64,000 bases of DNA, taken from assembly GCA_951406725.2 (NCBI GenBank), contig OX597815.1, positions 156,736,001-156,800,000 on the forward strand, given 5' to 3'. Shown here one piece after another: positions 26,063 to 40,292 of this stretch. Both the position numbers and the translations under genes were made by a program. The stretch's first letter is position 1; each line of letters begins with the position of its first letter. Source of the stretch: Octopus vulgaris. Taxonomy: Eukaryota. The notes under the pieces were generated by a model. That model saw nothing but the letters and a program-made list of their open reading frames with translations, did no database searches and was not told the origin of the DNA.

Positions 26063-28099
26063 GTAATAATAACAATAATAATAATAATAATAATAATAAC
26101 TACGCTGAACAAAATTTTTAGATAATGATAAAACAATAGAGAATGCTTAAACAGCATAAAACGAATTCTAAAAACCACGGACGATACGTGTACTATATAG
26201 ATACACAACAAAACATAGCCAATTCCTGAAAGGATCAAATGTAAGAAGGCAAATCTGATTGTAAAGCAATTATACCTCAAAGATTCCAAACGTGTTTTTA
26301 ATCACTGCATAGCTGCAGTAACTATAAATTATAAACAATGGAAGAACGAGCTAACTTCAAGTGCAGACCATGCAATCAGAATAATAAAATGGTGTGAGTA
26401 TATTTTTTTCTGGCAGCCCATTTCTTACCGATTCAGCAAATAGCCAGACATGATATAATCATCCACCTTGTCCACTGGACAAATATTGCGTTAGTTCGAA
26501 GTGAAAAATGAGAAGTTGTATACACGAATATGAAACATGTATGAAAATAATGCGGCTACCATGATTTTGGGACGTCTTTTCAGACAGTTATGGTGATCAA
26601 ATTCAAACTTTATCAAGATATAATTATCAAAGAGAGAAATGAATGTATATTAATGACAAACGTCTCGACTTGACCTGTTCAGCACATCACCCGGAAAGCA
26701 ACATAGTTGACATTAGTTAGTGAGAATGATTAGTATTATACACCATGCTTTTACAAATTTCCCCAGGAAAGAAATCGAGAAGCTATTAGCGCACAAGGAT
26801 TTTAAAACAGGAATAAGATAGGTATGAAAATGAAAACGCTACCAAAAATGTTGTGAGTACTATGGTGGAGAAAAGAAGAACATGAATATTCGATATCTCG
26901 GAACTCGAAAATGAGTTCAAATAATATTGCTTCGCATAAACTCACATCCAATGCAGTTGACATTCAGTCGAATGTACGTCCCATACATGTGTCATAGCCA
27001 AAAAAGAAAATAACTCTGTAACATAACACAACTTACATAACACCTGCAATGCAGAATTACCTTCTAATAAAATAACACAAGTTCAAAGTGATGATGGTTT
27101 TCGTTTATACTTTTTTATCGTATGTAGGAAAAGTGATATTTTGAAAATGTCTTTTGAAAAGATCTTTGCAAGCCGACATTCAAAACGAAATGTCAACTGT
27201 ACAATAAGCAAAGGCTTCCATTTTATGAGAATATATAAACCTGAAAAATTTTATAAATGAAAATATGAGTATTAAAAATAATGCTGACTCGCGAAATAAA
27301 TAACAGCACCGATAGCAAAACAGTTTTATACACATATACTCACAGCGTTGGCAATTAGAGATAAGAGAAGAGGTGTATCCGTAACAAAAGCAGCAACAGA
27401 CTCACGTCCGCACAATACTAGCCAGCAGTCAACTTGTAAGGAAGGGCAGGTGATGATTTGGAAGGAAAATATCCAAACCGTAGGACGAGGTATGAAAGGG
27501 AAAATGCGATGTCCCCTCAAACATCGGTAGAAAACAAAAAGGGCAAGAAGGAACAACCTCTTTGGTATAATTAAAATGACGAGTGGGACGTTGAATTGAG
27601 GCTCCTCATCCTTCGTTTTTCGAACCTAAATCTCACAGAATCACATTTGCTGAACAGAATGTGTTGTGTTCAAGACAGAAAAGCAATTGTGTTTGGAATA
27701 TTAGAGACACACAAAAGACCGAATGCCTATCCTGAAGACTTGAGTTGTTTCTTAATATTACTCAGAACCTATTACGACGAGCCCTTTACATATATGAGGC
27801 TGCAATTCTAGCAATGCCAGACGAGCCCTAATAATATGTGATTTAACCAGTCATATTCACTTAACTTTCACTCATATATAGATGCAAACTCTAACTGTTC
27901 TCCATATCTTTTGCTGTATAAATTAATTCTAGTTTAATTTTTGTGTTAATATCCTTTTATATTCAAGTATTATTTATGTTGCATTTTTATAAAGTATTAA
28001 CTTATCTCCAGTTTAAATGTATAACTTTTTTCACTTCTCAGATCGTCTTTATATAACTTGCCTGTCCCCCACAACACGTAAGTCTCTCTTTTATTGCAT

Positions 28100-28870
28100 C
28101 TGCAGGTTCTTATTACTAAAGCTGGTGTGTTGGCAAAATCGTTAACACGCCTTAAATAAATGCTTAGCGGCATTTCTTCCGTCTATACGTTCTGATTTCA
28201 AATCCTGCTGAGGACTGCTTTGCCTACCATCCTTTCGTGGTCGATAAAAATAAGTTCCTCCTGAGTACTAGTTTTGATGTGATCAAATAGCACCCCCACT
28301 CTCCTAAAAATGGTTGTCCTTGTTCCAAAACTGGTGCACAAAATTCTCAACGGCGTTTCTTTCTTTAGGCATTGAGTGAAATTTCATCGAGGTTGACTTC
28401 GCCTTTTATCCTTTTCGGGGTCGATAAACTGTTGGGTTCAGTATAATAGACTAACCTACCAACTTTGGATTTCAGATCATCTGTCTATTGTAGAAAAATT
28501 TGTGGGGAACTGGAAATATCGGTAGAGACGAGCAAAATTCTCTGAGGTATTTTGTTACGGTCTATATCCCTCTGAGTTCAAATCACACCATGGTCAATTT
28601 TGCCTTTCATCCTCCGGGTTGATAAAGTCTTGTTGGTGATGTAATCGACAAGCGCCTAAGTCCAAATTATGTGCCTACTTTAGAACCTATTACAATTAAG
28701 GTGGATATAGCTGATTGGTGAGAGAAAGAGCCGAAATACCTCAAAGTTTTGTGTTCAGTGTTCAAATTTCACCCACGTCACCCTTACGTTTCACCAAAGA
28801 TAAAATATGGGCCAGTTAGATAATGAGTGGGCGGTCACCAGTTTCTTCTCACCAAAATATGACGTCTTAC
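28100..28870 (+). mobile_element. Tandem cluster of about 4 diverged family-A SINEs
   Basis: Repeated TTCAAAT..GACTT(T/C)GCCTT..CATCCT..GTCGATAAA modules near 28200, 28390, 28580 and 28760. Confidence 0.7.
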
Positions 28871-31619
28871 CGATACAATCCATCATTAATATTTTGATTA
28901 TTGCAGCACGGAAATCAGAAATAGCTTCAGCAGCATCTCAGATATGGGCCAAGGTCTACCAGGTAATAAAGTTTTGGTTACGTGTCTAAGATAGTTAGTC
29001 AGGCCTACTACAGTTTTTGTCCTTAAATCCTTTGTGATTATTCTACTTCAAATTTATTATTCAACATACCGAATTCAAACGTTACCTTAGAGGAATTTTA
29101 CAGCTATATATCTCTGGGTCATTAGCATATCTATCAACCATAAACTAAATTCGATTATTCATCTTAAAAACGCGTCGTTTCTTATCTCTCTAAACTACCA
29201 GATTCTCTGTTCCTCTCAACTTGCCAACTGTACATATATTCTACTGAGACTCAAAGGATGCACACTGCACTCTTTCTTTGGTGGTCCCACTTTCTATTCA
29301 TCACCTACTCCTTTTTTTCATGAAAAAGCAACTCACTTCTCTTTTCTTCACATCCCATTTTACTTGCATTCGAATATCTACAATTGTTTCGGCTGAACAT
29401 CAAACGCAGCCGACCCGGTGAATACTGTCCCCCGCCCAATTCTAATTGACGTAAACCAGTAGCTTTTGACCATTGTGATAAATCAATATTATTTCGCCGT
29501 CAAATAATCGAGTTACGCCTGTTTATTTGAACAGATGTTTAAATACATAAATCTTCTCGTTTCTTTCACATACCTTTGTATCGCAGTTATTCTTCTAATT
29601 GCGACCAACTGTAAACAACTTCACAGCAATTCAATCGTCTTAAAGTCCATTTGTGGGTATTATAAAAAGGATACATGACAAACGGATTTTACGTTGCAAT
29701 CTTAAAAAGTTAGATTCGGTAGATAACAAATGATAGAGAAACACACTACATAAAATAGTGACTGGAATAAATAAATCTTGACTCAGTTGTCCGAATTTTA
29801 AAAATGTGATGGACATTCTTTTTTTTTTTAACGCTAACTGAGATTCTCCAGTGGAACATGTACTTTATTAAGTAAAAATCTATGACAACTTTGTTTTCCG
29901 GGATGGTATTTTCCTAGATTAGTTGCTTCGTACGCTAATTATCTCTCATGTCGGTAGTTTCTTCTTAGACAGATACAACACAAAGAGTGTTGCTAAGATT
30001 CTGTGTGACGCATAATATCATGTCAATTGTACCCCAATTTTCACTTATGTTCTCAAATCATTCTTTCTGAGCATGAACGATCCACCTGTAAGAATGTGTA
30101 ACATAAATACTTTGGTGTAAGTAATTCATGTCATTCTTACTCTTGCTTAACCACAAACACTCAACCTAACTGTCTCGTGCCAAAGTTCAACCGAAAAGTC
30201 GCCATTATTTGGGAGGGAAATGACAAGCCTGTCTCTTCCAACAAAGAATTGTAAAACGCATCAATACACAAGACTTGACAAGGAAACCGTATTGTACCAT
30301 ATCATTACACATGAACAAGCCGTAAAAGTTATTGAAATAGTAGACAATACAACCACTAATGACTTATTCTGACATATTTAACACTGACAAAACTTCTTCA
30401 GAATCGGAATTTGCTTTAGCACTTTTAAGATACTTTCACTCAATAACAGTATTTTTATGTCCGTCACTGTATTGCTGCTGCATATCCCAGAACGTATTCT
30501 TAACAAGCCAATTTGACTGGCAGATACTCACTCAGCAATATGCTACAAACAGATACGTTGTATCTAATCTGTCTCTTCTACCGTCTTTCTTCTTTGAATT
30601 AAATAGAAGCAAACTATGTGTCTAGCCAGACTATCCCGCACCTTTCTCGCTCCCATGTATCACACTTTATAAACTTCGCACTAAACATATTGCTTAATAT
30701 TTCTTACCCAATGTTGCAAGTTTCTTGGTTTCGCTCTTGCCTACATAATTCCATTTGGCTGTCATCTCCCGCCTCAGATGTTTAAACTGAATATTAACGA
30801 TAACGATCCCGTGATCCTGTGAATAAAAGCTTTCTCTAATTTATTCTTAAGTGTTAGTGCTCGTGCTTAACAATGTGACGCTGCAAACAAAGACACTACC
30901 TACTTGAGATATGGCATGACTAACCCTAATGAGTTTAGTACGTTTTGAAATATTTCAATAATGATAGTTTTCTTTAAGCGACTTCGAGAAGGACATCAAA
31001 AGATAGACAAACGATTGTTTTTGTTGATTTTCTCACTTAGTTCTAAGCAAGCATATGATAAATGACATTCCAGATATGACCGTTTGAATTTCTAATGTTA
31101 AATTATCCTATGCGACGTTCTGTTTTTATGATGGTAGGATTAGATATGATGAAGATTTAGCTGTTATTTCTACAAGGCTGATTGTCCCTGTAGAGACCCC
31201 TTTACTGACTTCTAATGGCTTATTTGTTTTGCACTGACAAATCCATTGATAATTTATATGTGTCGTAATTTTTTATTCTTCAGCACACCGTCTCTTGGAA
31301 TTTTGCTCTGAGTATTTTGGTAGCTACTACTTTTAAGATGGTGATATATTTTGGTAGCTACTGCTTTTAAGATGGTGATATAATTTGGGCTAAAACTGTT
31401 TAAATTAATAATGTAATGACTAAAAATCCACAAATGGATATGCACTTTCCTAAACTACGAGATTCTAAGGAGGAAATATTAGCAAAATTATAATATTTAA
31501 AATCTACACACTGCATATACTTCCAGTTCAGAAGTTTCAACAAGATATGACCTTCCATGGAGCTCTACATAGTATATAAGATTATCAAAATGCTTCTTAT
31601 TGATTATTTAATGTACTAC

Positions 31620-32420
31620 AACCAGACTGCGGTGTCACTGGCCCCTTCAAACATTGAAGGTCAAACTGCAGCTCCCAATATCTTGGTTTTTGTAAAACTG
31701 GCTAATGGCTTAGACCGAATCATTATGTGATACGAATAATAATCATCAGAGATTGCTGAATGGGGTATACAGGATCTATTTGTTTGAAGATCTAATCATA
31801 TTGACACAGTTTCAATACTGGATCAAGTTTACTCGAAATCAAAGCTTGTTTCTCAATTTTCTTTTTCCTTTTCCAAATTTGATGGGCACTATAACAAATT
31901 AGTGAAACAGTTGGTGGAACACCTACGTGTGCCTAAGTTTTATAAGGTGTTGTGTCCTAACATCAAATGGAGTTTACTGCTTGGAAATTGTTAAATTATG
32001 TGTTATCCTAGTCAAATAATAGAGACTAGATAATTTCCAGATTTCATTTGCAAATATTAGAAATTGGTCACATTTTTGTACAGTAGCTTTTGTATATTTG
32101 CATGAGAAATCAACCCACTTGTATACCTTTGAGTCGATGGAAATCAGAACATATCCCCACGCAGTATCTATCTAGACGTCTCAATAAACTGAAATATAGC
32201 TGGAATTAGTGGTGTAAATTCTAACAATCAACCTATTATCTGAACCACTTGTTGGAATTATATAGACAAGCTTTTGGTATCTTATAAAATATATCTTATG
32301 GAACATAAATTTGGGTTACCAAAGACCACTTTTAATGTTTGGTTTGGATCTGAATCAACTGTGAAATGCCGTCGATGTAATCGATCCTTTAAACAATTAT
32401 CCCATACATTCATCATTTAG
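31620..32420 (-). mobile_element. Possible highly eroded gypsy-like pol remnant (RNase H/integrase)
   Basis: Scattered fragments RRHFTVDSD..LKVVFG, GYVLISIDS..KWVD, TTPY and DPVL resemble gypsy motifs. There are many stops and the order is imperfect. Confidence 0.3.
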
Positions 32421-32660
32421 CAATCTCTGAAAATTATTCATATCAATAGAGGAGTATTTCTACAAAAGTCACACTAGTTTGAATAATATTCTGCGTGAAG
32501 CTTATATTTTCCTCATTTTTCTACGATTCGCCTATAACTGTTATGTCATTCTAATTTTGTATTGTTATTGTAATTTCAAATCTATCAAATATAGATATTT
32601 CCTATAAAATCCGTCCCCTTTACAGTCAGGAATAATCTTAAGGTGATCAAAATGAAAACA

Positions 32661-32663
<3 letters not shown>

Positions 32664-32725
<62 letters not shown>
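32664..32725. repeat. (GA)n microsatellite
   Basis: Directly visible. Confidence 0.97.
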
Positions 32726-32727
<2 letters not shown>

Positions 32728-34949
32728 ATAACTTTTTGAGTACATTATTCAGTGTTTCTGGTTCAAAGTGTGAAACTGTTGACTTAGTCTTTCTCTCTTT
32801 CTGGTTAAAAACACATTTTTAAAATAGTTTCTGTTTAATCATTATATTTGTTCGCGACTCACTATTTCTCATGGAATATAATTTTTTTTGTGAAATGCTT
32901 TTCACTACCACGTACATTTCTATGTCTGTTTGTTTTCTACGTTGTATGGCTGGATTTATTTGTTCCCTTTCAAAAAGCTTTGAGTAAATGGACTCTTTGT
33001 GATTTCTGTGGCTGATGCATACAGTAGTTGATTCATCGAAGTAATAATGGTATCCGTGAATGTGGCCAGTAAGTCTCTGATAGGCAAGTTTGTGGGGTGT
33101 TTGTCTAGTGTTGCTATTTTATTGTTTATTTAGAGGAAGGGTATAAAAAATCTGTCTACTATGATACTTTCACTTTCCCCATAGGTTTTCCCACCCTGCT
33201 TTAGAATTTTCTGCTCTTAAGTTTGTGTTTCATTCACTAGTGACTATAGTTTAGGTTTATACACGCTCATACTTCGTAGATATGAGGTTTGATTTCAAAT
33301 ATACACTCTTTCTGTTAAGTATTATAAATCCATTCCGAATATCTTGATTTTAAGTATCCTAAAATTATCCACTTTGTCTGGGTCGTAACTCGATTCCAAA
33401 TTAACGTTGCTTGCTCACCATATTCTAGAAGCTTTGGTTCGTGGACAGAGTACCTATATTACCATGAAATATGGAAACGTATTCTATCCATTTCTGCTTT
33501 TTCTAACATTTTTGTCATATAATGCTTATTACTTTTTAGTCCTGCAAATTTTGTTGACACTATATATTTTGTGCTGTTTGTGCATCAAATTCGTAATATT
33601 ATTATTTTATCCTTGTATTATTATTTTATCCTTGTACTTAATTATATAGACTTCGGTCCTGCACTTGCCATCGATTAGACCCGAATCTTCTTTTTCGATT
33701 TCTTTTTTTATTTGATAGCGTTTACATGAAGTGGCCAGTCAGCAATGAGGACAAATATTAGCAATGCATGACACTATATTTGTAATGATTTTTTGCATAA
33801 TGTAAGTATTCGTTTTTAGTTAATTATATGCAAGACTTCATTTATCGGAGTGGAGTAGCAATATGATTTTACGAAGTCTACTTTTTTTTATTATTATGAT
33901 TATTATTATCAACGTTATTATTATTGCTTCTATTTGAGCTTTGATTCTGCAATTTTAGATTTTAATCGTAGTTTATGTGAACGAAATTTGTAAATTAATG
34001 AGAGGACCATTGAAATATAAAGTATTTATTAATAATTTCTACATTGATCCCAATAATTTCCAATTTATTTTTATCGTCACTGAAACTATAAAAGATAACC
34101 TCGGCAGGATTTGAGATCAGAAAGTAAAGAATTAAAACAAATGCCGCAAGGAATTTTGTCAAGTTTTCGATCAGCTGACATCCTTGACACGGATTTCGGG
34201 ATTTGGATTTAACAAGTAATTAAGGAAGCTACATTTTCATTCTGTCAGTCCCACTATGCGATACTCCTACTATAGTATAAGTGTTGTCGACTATAGTTAC
34301 GGGTTGACCAAGGATTTTTATCTATTCCACGATAACGTCGTCACTTTGCCTGCGATCAGTCGTCAATATGAATGCGAACATGCAATGTCTGCGGACAGTA
34401 TTGCAACACCTATAGTGGGGTTCAGGACCGCAGTTCTATTGAGTTGACAAACTGGTGTCCTCACAAGTTTACGCATCGTTAGCTACGGAATTCCTAGACC
34501 AACAAGTATCGGATGTGGACGGTATATGGACCGTCTGAGTAATCGAACACGTCCCTTACACAAAATGCTAAAACCAGACGTTCCAGTCTCATCAGAGATA
34601 AAATGGGTCGTTAGTTCATAGAATTTGACGTGAAGTGAACTCCTTTACCATTTCTGCAACTGTGGCCGATGTTGACCTGAAAACTGGGTATTTGCTTTTC
34701 GACACCTTTCATTCCCTTCCGCTTCTCCAGTTTTTTAAGAGAAATTACTTATATGGAGCTCTTGTTACCGTAAGTATAACAACTAGGCCTTTTTCTTGGC
34801 ACCATTTGCCTCTTTCCCTTTGTTTCAAAAAGGCTATGATTAAACGATCAACAATGTTTTATATAAGAATGATTTCAAGTTATATACTACAGTTGAATAC
34901 AACTTGAAACACTGTTGCAGGCAGTATGTGGATTTACACGAAAAGTTGC

Positions 34950-36050
34950 GATGAAATTTAGATTAGAAAAATGCTCCCTGGCAACCTTGAGATGAATTGT
35001 GTATTAAATATACATATCCAGCTATGTAAAGATATGTAAAAGAATTAAGACAAACACGAACATAAAAATCAATGACAAAACGCAACAACTCTCAAAAACA
35101 AGAGATAGAAATATACATAGTTTAGTTAATACTTGAAACAAAGCAAAATAGAAATAAAGTAATAAGCCTGAATACACTAGCCATCTCAGTGGCATGTTAT
35201 TGGTATAATATTCTCAGCTGGACGTTAAATGACTAGACAGGAAAAATAAGAAAATAACTACATTTAGAATACATCACACAAAATTTCACAATTTATTTCC
35301 TATGGATACAGTAGCTACAAAGCTATTATGAAATGTCTGGTAAATAACAAAACAAGATTGGTGCAAAACATGACTAAAGCAAAAATAGTGTTTTGTGTCT
35401 TCATGAAGCCAACAAATGCAAAACAGAGACTGGAATGAAAGACAGTTGAGCACAGAAATATTAACAGAAATTGTGGAGAAAAGAAGCTAACGATTAGCAG
35501 AAAATAAGACTAGAAATGTATTGATGAATAAATGGTTAGACAGGGAGGGGTAAAACCGGAATATAAGAATGAAAGATTTTTGATTGCAGCAAAACATAGA
35601 ACCGGAATATCGCAAGGCATTTTTTCCGACGCTTTAACAATAAAGTAGAATATATCGAGTAACTGCTGAATATGAGGAGGCCGGTAATGAATGATTAACA
35701 GCATTGCCTGTCTGCCCCGTCGTAGCTCTGAAAGAATTTATCTATGGTTATGGTATGGTCGAGGTTGCTATACATTACGCGTTAAACCCAGCACTAAATA
35801 TAGTATTACGCGAAAGCCCAACACAAAACATAGTTTAAACCTATATTATAAAAGGATTCGGAGGATGATGAAGCGACTATACGTTTGGATACGTCAATCA
35901 ACGCACACATGGATACCAAGAGTAATCGGCCGGATATTGTTGTCAAGTAGCAAAAACAATGTTATTGCCTCCTATCTGAAGTAACAATTGCAACTGACGA
36001 TAAGATCTCTCGCAAGAATTGAGAAATTCGACCAAATATACTTTAATGAA
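34950..36050 (+). mobile_element. Old, eroded R4/Dong-like RLE LINE (thumb to RLE region)
   Basis: ISLNTLAISVACYWYNILSWT..DRKIRK; RQGGVKP..ERFLIAA; SNRPDIVVK..CLLSEVTIATDDKISRK. Confidence 0.7.
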
Positions 36051-36489
36051 TCAAGTGTGTTATGAGCACAAATTCGAGCGACAGTTGTTTTGTATTAACA
36101 AGATACAATACCGATTAGTATATTCAAGCTGGAATCGCCTGGAACGCATTAAGACTGAAGTAGATGCTTTGAATCTCGCTTACACATGACATTTTAAAAT
36201 CCAAATATAAAATACCTTGAAATAAAAAAATAACTTGAATGTGCATAAGGGAAATATATATATATGATCCTTCTTATAAAAGTTGCTTTGCAAATGATTT
36301 ATTATCACGTCAACAAATCCATAACAAAACCTATTTAAAAATGAAGAGAAAAATGTACAGATATAAAACAAGCAGACATTAAACGTATATTATGTAAAGT
36401 ATTTTAAATACAGGAAAATATCGCAACGTGTTACACATAGCCAGGCTCCTAAGTACTGCGTACGATAAGGACTCAAAGGACAATGAATA

Positions 36490-37260
36490 CTGAATAAGGA
36501 TAAGCGTTTCAAATTTTGGCACAAGGTACTTAATTTTATGGAACCTGAAATCTTGAACAGTAGGGTCTGAACTAAGAAAACATAGAACCGGAATATCGCA
36601 AGGCATTTTTTCCGACGCTTTAACGATTCTGGTTGCAAGGACGTTGGATGAGGGACGTTAGACAAGGCAGGTGGGGATTTCACAGGAGTATTGTGAAAGA
36701 GGCAAATTCAGTGGAATTTTAACTCATATCGTAAAGGCGGACGAAATGCCAGAAAGCATTTTCCTCGGCGTTCTAACGATCTTGACAGCTCGCCGCCTTC
36801 ATAATAATAATGATAACAATAATTATTTCCAAGTTTGGTACAAGACCAACAATTTTAAGGAGAGAGGCTTTTCGATAGCATTGAATCCCTCTCCCCCACC
36901 TTGACTCGTATTTTATTTTATCAATTCGAAATGAGGATTAGGCAAATTTGTTTCGGAGGGATTTGAACTCACGACATAGCGTACCGGAAAAAATACCGCT
37001 CAGCAATGTTCTCTCACGAACGATTCTCCCAGCTCGACATCTTAATAATAATAGCTTCAATTTTTGGCACAAGGACAGCAATTTTAAGAGAGTATAACTC
37101 GATTACATCGACATCAGTGAATAGCTGGTACTTTATTGTCTCGATCGCTAAAGGATGAAAGTCAAAGTCAAATCCAGCGGGATTTGAACTCAGAACGTAA
37201 AGCCGGAAAAATGCCACTAAGCATTTTGTGCGTGGGCTTACGATTCTGCCAACTGAAATA
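36490..37260 (-). mobile_element. Tandem cluster of about 4 diverged family-A SINEs
   Basis: Repeated TTGG(C/T)ACAAG..AATTTT..GGATTTGAACTCA..GCATTTT..TAACGATTCT units. Confidence 0.7.
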
Positions 37261-37420
37261 AGCATTGTTAATTGCGCTATATTTTAACTCTGGTTAGCCT
37301 TGATTATACAAATATGTAATCAAAGGCGTTCCAGCTGTGACTATCTCTATTATTAATCCAGGAATGCATTGTTTAATGTATCTATTTAAAATTTATTGGT
37401 CTTCATATTCATTGCAGATT

Positions 37421-37462
<42 letters not shown>

Positions 37463-37464
37463 TG

Positions 37465-37510
<46 letters not shown>

Positions 37511-37547
37511 TGGTAGTAGTAGTAGTAGTAGTAGTAGCAGCAGCAGC

Positions 37548-37582
<35 letters not shown>

Positions 37583-37742
37583 TGGTGGTGATAATGGTGG
37601 CGGTGTGGTAGAAGTAGTAGAGATGGTGATAGTGGTGGTGGTGGTGGTGGTGGTGGTGGTGGTGGTGATGGTGATGGTGGTGGTAGTAGTGACAATGGCT
37701 GTGACAGTAATAGTAATTGTGTTGGAGGTAGTAGTCGTGGTA
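37421..37742. repeat. (TAG)n/(TGG)n trinucleotide microsatellite
   Basis: Directly visible. Confidence 0.95.
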
Positions 37743-38314
37743 GAAAATCATGCAACAATTTAGAATAAGTTTTAAATAAAAATGTCAAAACTACACAAAC
37801 AAACAAAAAAATCAAATCATTAGGAAATAAATGAAGGAAAACGCATAAAAGCAGATTGAAGCAACACGTATTGATAAGGAAAGCTGTACATTCTCTGGAG
37901 AAATTCTCTAGAAAGTTCTTCCCTTGGTAATCAACTCTCTGGGGGCGGAGTGAAGAGTAGAAAATGGAGGAACTCTTATAAAATTAAAATTTATTCGTTT
38001 TGATTTTGTTTTATTACAAATGTATTCAACATCATCTTCGTTATTATCATCATTATCAGCAACAATATAATCCGCTGTTTCATCGTCATCATCGTCAATA
38101 TAATCCCTCCACCATCACAAACATCATCATTGTTGCTATTGCTGTCATGTGCTTAAATGGTCACCTTAACGACAGCTTTTTTCAAATGGAATCTTACTGC
38201 TATGCCACGACAATGACAGTTGACAGTTTGCTTTATAGAACGACTTGTTTAACTTGCGAGTGGATGCCATGTTAACATCTTCATCATCGTCATATATGAT
38301 ATTAACATATTTTT

Positions 38315-38501
38315 ATTTATGGCACAGAGGAGTGATCTGTTCCATTACATTGTCCGCAGCGTTCAACTACTAATCTTATCGACCTCCAAAGGAAGAAAAA
38401 TAAGGTCTAACTCGACGGAATTTGAATTCAGGATGTAAAGCCGAACGAAATGCTGTTAAGCATGTTGTTCGGCACGCTAATGATTCTGCCAACCCGCTGT
38501 C

Positions 38502-38502
<1 letters not shown>
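38315..38502 (-). mobile_element. Diverged family-A SINE
   Basis: GGAATTTGAATTCAGG..GAAATGCTGTTAAGCAT..GCTAATGATTCTGCCA. Confidence 0.7.
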
Positions 38503-38549
<47 letters not shown>

Positions 38550-38551
<2 letters not shown>

Positions 38552-38962
38552 TGACATGAGTATTTCTTGCGATCACAATATAGCGGCGAAAGAATTTGAC
38601 AAGATCAGTAAATATAAAGACTTGTTAATAGAAATTGAAACAAAATGTGACATCTCAAGGTGACTACAGTACCAGTGATTGTAGGATCTCTAGGAATGAT
38701 AAAAAAAAAATGTGCTGAAACCTATTTGGAAAATGATACCACCCCTACAGGAGGTGCAAAAAATCGTATTAACTTGAACGACTCATGTACTGAGAAGAGC
38801 ATTATCGCTGTAAAAAACAACATCCATTCATGAATTTATTTATTCATTTAACCTGTGAATTTGCGTGTGTAATCTGGGAATGCATACAATAAGCTTCTCT
38901 GCCCTAGGTGTACGAAAAACACTCGGCGAGAAAAGGAAGAAAATTTTAAGAAAGAAGGAAAT
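38550..38962 (+). mobile_element. 5'-truncated R4/Dong-like RLE LINE 3' end in (TAA)n
   Basis: IDMSISCDHNIAAKEFDKISKYKDLLIEIE..VPVIVGSLGMIKK..LQEVQKIVL..HVLRRALS*. (TAA)n flanks. Confidence 0.88.
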
Positions 38963-39099
38963 ACTAATAATAATAATAATAATAATCATAATAATAATAA
39001 TAATAATAACGTGAAATATAGCATCTACAAAACGTTCGATACTCAGAAATACAGAATCTGTGAAAAAGATGTGGAAAATGTAACCCACGTGTTAAGGTG

Positions 39100-39510
39100 A
39101 TGAGGGAGCCTTGCACAAAAAAATTCAAGTGCCGCCATGATAAAATCTGGTTGTACCTTCAGTGGCTAAAATGTTGTAAATACCAAAATGCCCATAAAAT
39201 AATGCAGGAAGATGGGAAAGCAACGATAGACTGGGATTATGAATTTGAACTAATAGTGTAATTGAGCATCGCCGAGAGGTCACAGTGGTATAGAACCAGT
39301 AAGACAAATGCTGTCAGACCATTGACGTATGGCAAGACTGTTTGTTATGCAAGAGGGTAATGTTAAAGTGACACCAGTTGTGATCGGGGCAATAGTGTTA
39401 ATCCCATTCAAACTTTAAGACGTCTCGAAGCGGTTGGAAATACTGTGCAATATTGGTGTCATACAAAAATCCACCTTGCCAACTACTGTGCACATTTTAA
39501 CAAGTGACGG
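39100..39510 (+). mobile_element. Eroded RLE LINE fragment
   Basis: WDYEF..IEHRR..; VKVTPVVIGA; GVIQKSTL..TVHIL. Confidence 0.55.
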
Positions 39511-40079
39511 ATGACATTATCTATCAACATTGTGTGAGGTGGTGGTGGTGATGGTGGTGATGGTGGTGGTGGTGTTGGTGGTCTTGGTGGTAGCGTTATT
39601 AAAAATATATATACCAAAATTCCGTGGGATAAATTACGGGACTGAAGGATGTCAGAACACCATACGTGCGAAAATATTTATTTCTAAGGCTAAACTTTGA
39701 GGGTACGTAGTGCGGTGCTTCTGCAAAATCACCAGCCTCAGTGATATGGCGCATGGAAGTTCGCCCACACCTCTCATTCTCCGCGGAAAAGATAACACAG
39801 ATTTGATAAGCCAACCATAAAGTGATCAAGATGGCTAACAAAATCATGACCAACAGTTTTCTTACCACCTTTTCTATATGGCATCGGTCGATACGCGGCA
39901 CAACAAGGATTGTGATATCAAACAAATGACCAAAGTGGGATTCAAAAGTTTATACTAGAACTGTCAATAAATTGACATTTTCCCCTATAGAGATCCTGGC
40001 TCATAATTTAGTCGCGACCCTACAGAATATAAAATAAGAAGCATACAATAAATAATAATCGTAGTAATATAATAATAAT

Positions 40080-40292
40080 CCGTTCTACAATATGCTCATG
40101 GCCTTAATTCTACGAGGAAAGGGTTAGGCGAGTACATCAACTCCAGTGTTCAACTAGTACTTATTTTCATCGACCAGGGATAGATGAAAGGCAAAGTCGA
40201 CAGAGGCGGAATTTGAACTCAGAACGTAGCGACGAGCGATATTCCGCTAAGCATTTCGTTCAGCGTGCTAACGATTCTGCTAGCTCGCCGCC
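40080..40292 (-). mobile_element. Family-A SINE, followed by (AAT)n at 40293-40580
   Basis: GATGAAAGGCAAAGTCGAC..GGAATTTGAACTCAGAACG..CTAGCTCGCCGCC. Confidence 0.88.

Noticed and set aside
37386-37815. His/Thr/Val/Pro-rich ORFs resembling low-complexity proteins
   Set aside because: They come from (TAG)n/(TGG)n microsatellite and are open in several frames on both strands.
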